NCBI GenBank assembly: GCA_963718615.1
Contig: OY970368.1
Span: 1,568,001-1,632,000, forward strand
Reading direction: 5' to 3'
DNA from: an uncultured cyanobacterium
GTDB lineage: Bacteria; Cyanobacteriota; Cyanobacteriia; PCC-9006; JAAUQQ01
DNA: 64,000 nt
In this document: positions 59,463-64,000 of the stretch, piece after piece
How the letters are laid out: the number at the start of each line of letters is the position of its first letter
Numbering within the stretch: the first letter of the stretch is position 1
Translations under genes and position numbers: made by a program
Notes under the pieces: model-generated
Told to the model about the DNA's origin: nothing
Seen by the model: the letters and a program-made list of their open reading frames with translations, nothing else
Database searches by the model: none

Positions 59463-62400
59463 TCAGCTCTCAAAAAGTCCGTGAAAGAGGTCTGAGAAGT
59501 CTATTGGAAGCAGGAATTGAATGCCCTGCAGTGCTTGCTCTAGGGTGAGGTCTGGGTTGATGGTTTTGGCGCGGCGGAGGAGGAAGTTGGTTTCTTCGAG
59601 GTAGGCGGCGCGATCGAACGCATTAACTGATTTTTGACTGGCAGAAATGCGGCGACTGGCTTCTTCGATAACGGCTTGAGCAGCGGTTTGGCGGAGGCTA
59701 CTCACGAGGGGTTGGTCAATGGATAACTTCGGATCGCGTGCTTTTGCTTCTTCGAGCAGGGCCTTGGCTGCGGTGTAATTTCCCATTTCGGCGGTGGTGC
59801 GGGCCTGGATTAGGAGCAGGGGTGGAATATCGGATTGGACCTTGGCACAGTCACTTTTTAGACCTTGAATTTCTGGTCCATTGATTGTGTCTTTGATCCG
59901 GTAGCAGCCCATGGCGAAAAAGTCAGACAGCCTGATCGGCCACAGCTTCACCGTGTTATCCCAACTCCCCGAGGCGATCGTATTGCCATCCGGACTGAAG
60001 GCGACACTATTGACAGAGGATTCATGGCCTTTGAGGGTGGAGATCAGCGTCCCATCCCGTCGCCACAGCTTCACCGTGCTATCCTCGCTCCCGGAGGCGA
60101 TCGTATTGCCATCGGGACTGAAGGCGACACTATTGACATTGCCTTCATGGCCTTTGAGCGTCGTCAGCAGCGTCCCATCCCGTCGCCACAGCTTCACCGT
60201 GTTATCCCAACTCCCCGAGGCGATCGTATTGCCATCCGGACTGAAGGCGACACTATTGACAGGGGATTCATGGCCTTTGAGGGTGGAGATCAGCGTCCCA
60301 TCCCGTCGCCACAGCTTCACCGTGCTATCCTCGCTCCCGGAGGCGATCGTATTGCCATCGGGACTGAAGGCGACACTATTGACATTGCCTTCATGGCCTT
60401 TGAGCGTCGTCAGCAGCGTCCCATCCCGTCGCCACAGCTTCACCGTTTTATCCCCACTCCCCGAGGCGATCGTATTGCCATCCGGACTGAAGGCGACACT
60501 ATTGACAGGGTCTTCATGGCCTTTGAGGGTGGAGATCAGCGTGCCATCCCGTCGCCACAGCTTCACCGTTTCATCCCCCCCCAAGCCCCCACTGGCCGAG
60601 GCGATCGTATTGCCATCCGGACTGAAGGCGACACTATTGACAAAGTCTTCATGGCCTTTGAGCGTCGTCAGCAGCGTGCCATCCCGTCGCCACAGCTTCA
60701 CCGTTTCATCCCCCCCCAAGCCCCCACTGGCCGAGGCGATCGTATTGCCATCCGGACTGAAGGCGACACTATTGACAGAGGATTCATGGCCTTTGAGGGT
60801 GGAGATCAGCGTGCCATCCCGTCGCCACAGCTTCACCGTTTTATCCCCACTCCCCGAGGCGATCGTATTGCCATCCGGACTGAACGCCACGCTACTGACA
60901 TAGAATTCATGGCCTTTGAGCGTCGTCATCAGCGTCCCATCCCGTTGCCACAGATTCACCGTGCCATCCCCCAAAAAGCCCCCACTGGCCGAGGCGATCG
61001 TATTGCCATCGGGACTGAAGGCGACACTATTGACATTGCCTTCATGGCCTTTGAGCGTCGTCAGCAGCGTCCCATCCCGTCGCCACAGCTTCACCGTGCT
61101 ATCCTCGCTCCCGGAGGCGATCGTATTGCCATCGGGACTGAAGGCGACACTATTGACATTGCCTTCATGGCCTTTGAGCGTCGTCAGCAGCGTCCCATCC
61201 CGTCGCCACAGCTTCACCGTTCTATCCCAACTCCCCGAGGCGATCGTATTGCCATCCGGACTGAAGGCGACACTATTGACAGGGGATTCATGGCCTTTGA
61301 GGGTGGAGATCAGCGTGCCATCCCGTCGCCACAGCTTCACCGTTTTATCCCAACTCCCCGAGGCGATCGTATTGCCATCCGGACTGAAGGCGACACTATT
61401 GACAAAGTCTTCATGGCCTTTGAGGGTGGAGATCAGCGTGCCATCCCGTCGCCACAGCTTCACCGTTTTATCCCAACTCCCCGAGGCGATCGTATTGCCA
61501 TCCGGACTGAACGCCACGCTACTGACATAGAATTCATGGCCTTTGAGCGTCGTCATCAGCGTGCCATCCCGTCGCCACAGCTTCACCGTGTTATCGTCGC
61601 TCCCCGAGGCGATCGTATTGCCATCGGGACTGAACGCCACGCTCCTGACATCGGATTCATGGCTTTGTTGCCGCCCTTTCAATGCTGGATCGACAAAGTT
61701 CATCACATTTTGAATGCCACTTTGATTGACTGCGGTATTTAATGCCTTCAGGACTTCGCTTTCTGTCACTTGATAGGGTTCTAAATTCAATCTTGCGCCA
61801 ATGCCTAGGGGCCGAAAACGCTGGTAGGCTTTCATGCTTTTCACCAGTGCTGTCTGCACATCCCCTTCAACAGATGCATCCTGAGCCGTCATGCTCAAGA
61901 TTCGAATATCCGCTATATTCCACAATAGTCCCGCAAATCCGGCTAAGCCCATACTTCCAGCCAGAAAAAAACTACCAATCCCAATAAGACGTCTCCTGGC
62001 AGTTCGGTTAGAGGCTTCCAAGTTACTCTTCTCTTGTTGCTCCAATTGAAGACTTTCCTGTATTTCTGCAAGCTCTTCCTGCGTAGCCGAGTCCTGGCTA
62101 GCTTGCAAAAATCGATAATCCTCTGGTGTAAGTTTCCGCCCCTCTTCGTTTGCCCATGCTCTTGCTCTTTTCAGTTCATCCCCCGCGAGAAGCCAGGCAT
62201 TATGTTTGCCCATCCTTGACCACATTCGCATTTCTTCTCCATAAGGACGTAATGCTAACAACATTTTTTCTACCCACTCTGGTCCGAAAACCTGTTGGTA
62301 AATTCGATTTGCCAAAACTAGGCTGTCTCCTCGTTTCACTACCAATCCTGTTAACCGCAATGCCAGTAATTCTTCACTTGAATCTAGCCCGACTCGTCCT

Positions 62401-63365
62401 GTCTGCAAAATCTGCTGATATAACCCTAATATCGCTCCCGCCAGAAACTCCTCCGCCATCACCCGATCCTGAATCGTCTGGAAATGCACTTGCTCATCCT
62501 GGCTCTCCCAAACGCGAATCATTTGATTCTCAATAATTTTCTCAATCTCCCTACGGGGAAAAGGAGAACAAAGATCAGGAGATTCTGCCACCAAACGACA
62601 GGCCCGCTGGGTCAAAAATGGTTGCCCCCCCGTCCAATCCAAAACCGTTTGTAGCGTCGCCTCTCCCCCCGGCAACCCCTCGGCCAAACCAAGTGCCTCC
62701 CCAAACGAAAACCCCGTCAACTCAACCGCCTGACCCACATTAAACGGCGTCCGTCGCTTATCCCGAATCAAATCCTGCGGCGCACAAACCCCCAACAACG
62801 CAAACGTCAACCGCCCATAGCGAGGATCATCCACCCGCCGGTTATACAACTCCCGAATCGCCGCAAAAAAATCATCCGTCCGAAACCCCAACCCCAACAC
62901 ACTATCAATCTCATCCACAAAAATTACCAACGGATCCATTAGTTCCGCCAGCAACCCCTCCCCCACAAACTCCCCCCACCGCTGCACAAACGACAACCCC
63001 TCCCGCTCCGCCCACCACTGCCGCACCCTCGGCAACCGCCAATCCTGCAACCGCCCCGACTGCTCCCGCACCTGCTTGACAATCTCCCACACCACCCCCA
63101 AATACCACTGCTCCGCCGTCACCTCCCCCGAACCGATCGCCGTCATATCGATCGCCACACAAACCACACCCTCGCTCTGCAACCGCGCCATCGTCCGCAC
63201 CCGCAGACTCGACTTGCCCATTTGCCGCGAATTCAGCACATAACAAAACTTCCCCGCCTTCAAACCCGCATAAAAATCCTCATCCGCCTGCCGCCGCACA
63301 TAACTCGGCGCACCCAACGGCAAACTTCCCCCCAGCCAATACTCAAAGGCAGGACCGGAGATCAT
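59463..63365 (-). CDS. AAA_35/STAND-like ATPase, TM helix, 14 WD40 repeats and TPR-like tail
   Basis: YVRRQAD, SRQMGKSS (Walker A variant), IFVDEID (Walker B), WTGGQPFLTQ, hydrophobic segment, 14 GH...W repeats. Confidence 0.92.
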   Translation of the reverse strand: MISGPAFEYWLGGSLPLGAPSYVRRQADEDFYAGLKAGKFCYVLNSRQMGKSSLRVRTMARLQSEGVVCVAIDMTAIGSGEVTAEQWYLGVVWEIVKQVREQSGRLQDWRLPRVRQWWAEREGLSFVQRWGEFVGEGLLAELMDPLVIFVDEIDSVLGLGFRTDDFFAAIRELYNRRVDDPRYGRLTFALLGVCAPQDLIRDKRRTPFNVGQAVELTGFSFGEALGLAEGLPGGEATLQTVLDWTGGQPFLTQRACRLVAESPDLCSPFPRREIEKIIENQMIRVWESQDEQVHFQTIQDRVMAEEFLAGAILGLYQQILQTGRVGLDSSEELLALRLTGLVVKRGDSLVLANRIYQQVFGPEWVEKMLLALRPYGEEMRMWSRMGKHNAWLLAGDELKRARAWANEEGRKLTPEDYRFLQASQDSATQEELAEIQESLQLEQQEKSNLEASNRTARRRLIGIGSFFLAGSMGLAGFAGLLWNIADIRILSMTAQDASVEGDVQTALVKSMKAYQRFRPLGIGARLNLEPYQVTESEVLKALNTAVNQSGIQNVMNFVDPALKGRQQSHESDVRSVAFSPDGNTIASGSDDNTVKLWRRDGTLMTTLKGHEFYVSSVAFSPDGNTIASGSWDKTVKLWRRDGTLISTLKGHEDFVNSVAFSPDGNTIASGSWDKTVKLWRRDGTLISTLKGHESPVNSVAFSPDGNTIASGSWDRTVKLWRRDGTLLTTLKGHEGNVNSVAFSPDGNTIASGSEDSTVKLWRRDGTLLTTLKGHEGNVNSVAFSPDGNTIASASGGFLGDGTVNLWQRDGTLMTTLKGHEFYVSSVAFSPDGNTIASGSGDKTVKLWRRDGTLISTLKGHESSVNSVAFSPDGNTIASASGGLGGDETVKLWRRDGTLLTTLKGHEDFVNSVAFSPDGNTIASASGGLGGDETVKLWRRDGTLISTLKGHEDPVNSVAFSPDGNTIASGSGDKTVKLWRRDGTLLTTLKGHEGNVNSVAFSPDGNTIASGSEDSTVKLWRRDGTLISTLKGHESPVNSVAFSPDGNTIASGSWDNTVKLWRRDGTLLTTLKGHEGNVNSVAFSPDGNTIASGSEDSTVKLWRRDGTLISTLKGHESSVNSVAFSPDGNTIASGSWDNTVKLWPIRLSDFFAMGCYRIKDTINGPEIQGLKSDCAKVQSDIPPLLLIQARTTAEMGNYTAAKALLEEAKARDPKLSIDQPLVSSLRQTAAQAVIEEASRRISASQKSVNAFDRAAYLEETNFLLRRAKTINPDLTLEQALQGIQFLLPIDFSDLFHGLFES
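59940..61663 (-). repeat. Intragenic tandem array of 14 near-identical WD40 units (123 bp; three of 135 bp)
   Basis: Repeated GGCGATCGTATTGCCATC(C/G)GGACTGAA ... CCACAG(C/A)TTCACCGT blocks read directly. Confidence 0.97.
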
Positions 63366-64000
63366 AACCCCACACTCCCAAAATACTGCCGATACAACTC
63401 ACAACTCACCTGCACCACATTGCGATAGGGCTTCACCAACCCCAAACTCCGCAACGCCGCTCCTTGGCCCAAGGCAATCGCCACCCCAGCCTCACTCGCC
63501 AACACCCGCCGAAACGCCGTCGCCCACTCCGGATGCCGCTCCAAACTCGATCGACAATGCTGCAAATGTCGCCCATACAACCCTGCTTCCGTGGCCCCTT
63601 CCGTCAGCAAATTCTCCAGAGAGCAGCGTCCACGGGCGATCGCATATAACCCCACTCGCAACAACTGCGGATGCCCGCCGACGAGAGGCATGAGGGCGAT
63701 CGCCACCCCCGCCTCTAACCCATGACGCACCGCCAACGCCTCCCCCTGGGCCTCACTCAACTCCGGCAATTCAATTTCCAGCCCCACATTAAACGGCGAC
63801 TGCGACTGTTGCAGCGTCTCATGATCAAAATCCTTAGAATGCACCAACACCAACCGTAACTTTTGCCATTGTTGGTGCGTTCTACCCTTCTCATACCAGG
63901 CCCGCAACATCGAAAAGAAATCGATCGGCCAAGCCCCACCCTCTCGCTCCTCAAACAGCAAATCCACCTCATCCAACTCCAACACCAAACCAGCCCCGAT
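63362..64000 (-). CDS. AAA_35/STAND-like ATPase (3' part; starts beyond window)
   Basis: LDEVD Walker B, FFSMLRAW, SPFNVG, GGHP and C-terminal CELYRQYF motifs; its TGA overlaps the next ATG. Confidence 0.85.
   Translation of the reverse strand: MGAGLVLELDEVDLLFEEREGGAWPIDFFSMLRAWYEKGRTHQQWQKLRLVLVHSKDFDHETLQQSQSPFNVGLEIELPELSEAQGEALAVRHGLEAGVAIALMPLVGGHPQLLRVGLYAIARGRCSLENLLTEGATEAGLYGRHLQHCRSSLERHPEWATAFRRVLASEAGVAIALGQGAALRSLGLVKPYRNVVQVSCELYRQYFGSVGL

Larger units (their letters stand above)
1..64000. repeat. Dispersed HIP1 octamer GCGATCGC
   Basis: Dozens of copies seen throughout core genes (e.g. 707, 1102, 3519, 50162); sparse in AT-rich accessory segments. Confidence 0.95.

Noticed and set aside
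58639-59473. 226-aa and 218-aa minus-strand ORFs
   Set aside because: Antisense to the better-supported 375-aa gene; low-complexity mirror translations
59940-61663. Possible CRISPR array or DGR template/variable repeat
   Set aside because: Units are in-frame coding repeats with no unique spacers; no cas or reverse transcriptase gene in the window; variation is not adenine-specific
59865-61742. 625-aa, 330-aa and 204-aa plus-strand ORFs
   Set aside because: Antisense shadows of the WD40 array; a stop-free unit repeated 14 times yields long ORFs automatically

Overview
This is a 64 kb cyanobacterial chromosomal segment, identified by psaD, abundant HIP1 octamers (GCGATCGC) and a cyanoexosortase. 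Most of it is housekeeping or conserved genes: a glucosylglycerol salt-acclimation cluster (gghA, ggpS, glpD), trpE/psaD, a His-kinase/PP2C/FHA-kinase signalling trio, dnaE, dacB, csaB and thiE/thiS. Accessory segments are a cyanoexosortase A/PEP-CTERM locus, a GST-SDR-gluconokinase block, a complete IS605-type element (tnpA+tnpB) with readable ends, a low-GC beta-propeller gene next to decayed gene remnants, and two Uma2 genes. The right end holds a coupled pair of AAA_35/STAND-like ATPase genes. One of them carries a 14-unit WD40 array that is nearly identical at DNA level and varies mainly at predicted ligand-binding positions, as in fungal HET-E/HNWD immune receptors; this is the best candidate for an undescribed system. 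Other notable points are an unsplit, intein-free dnaE, a homopolymer frameshift hiding a longer Pro-rich tail, an apparent HIP1-junction deletion in a P-type ATPase remnant, and an (AAACAC)11 microsatellite upstream of trpE. No rRNA, tRNA or CRISPR array was seen. All annotations come from motif recognition by eye; no searches were run.
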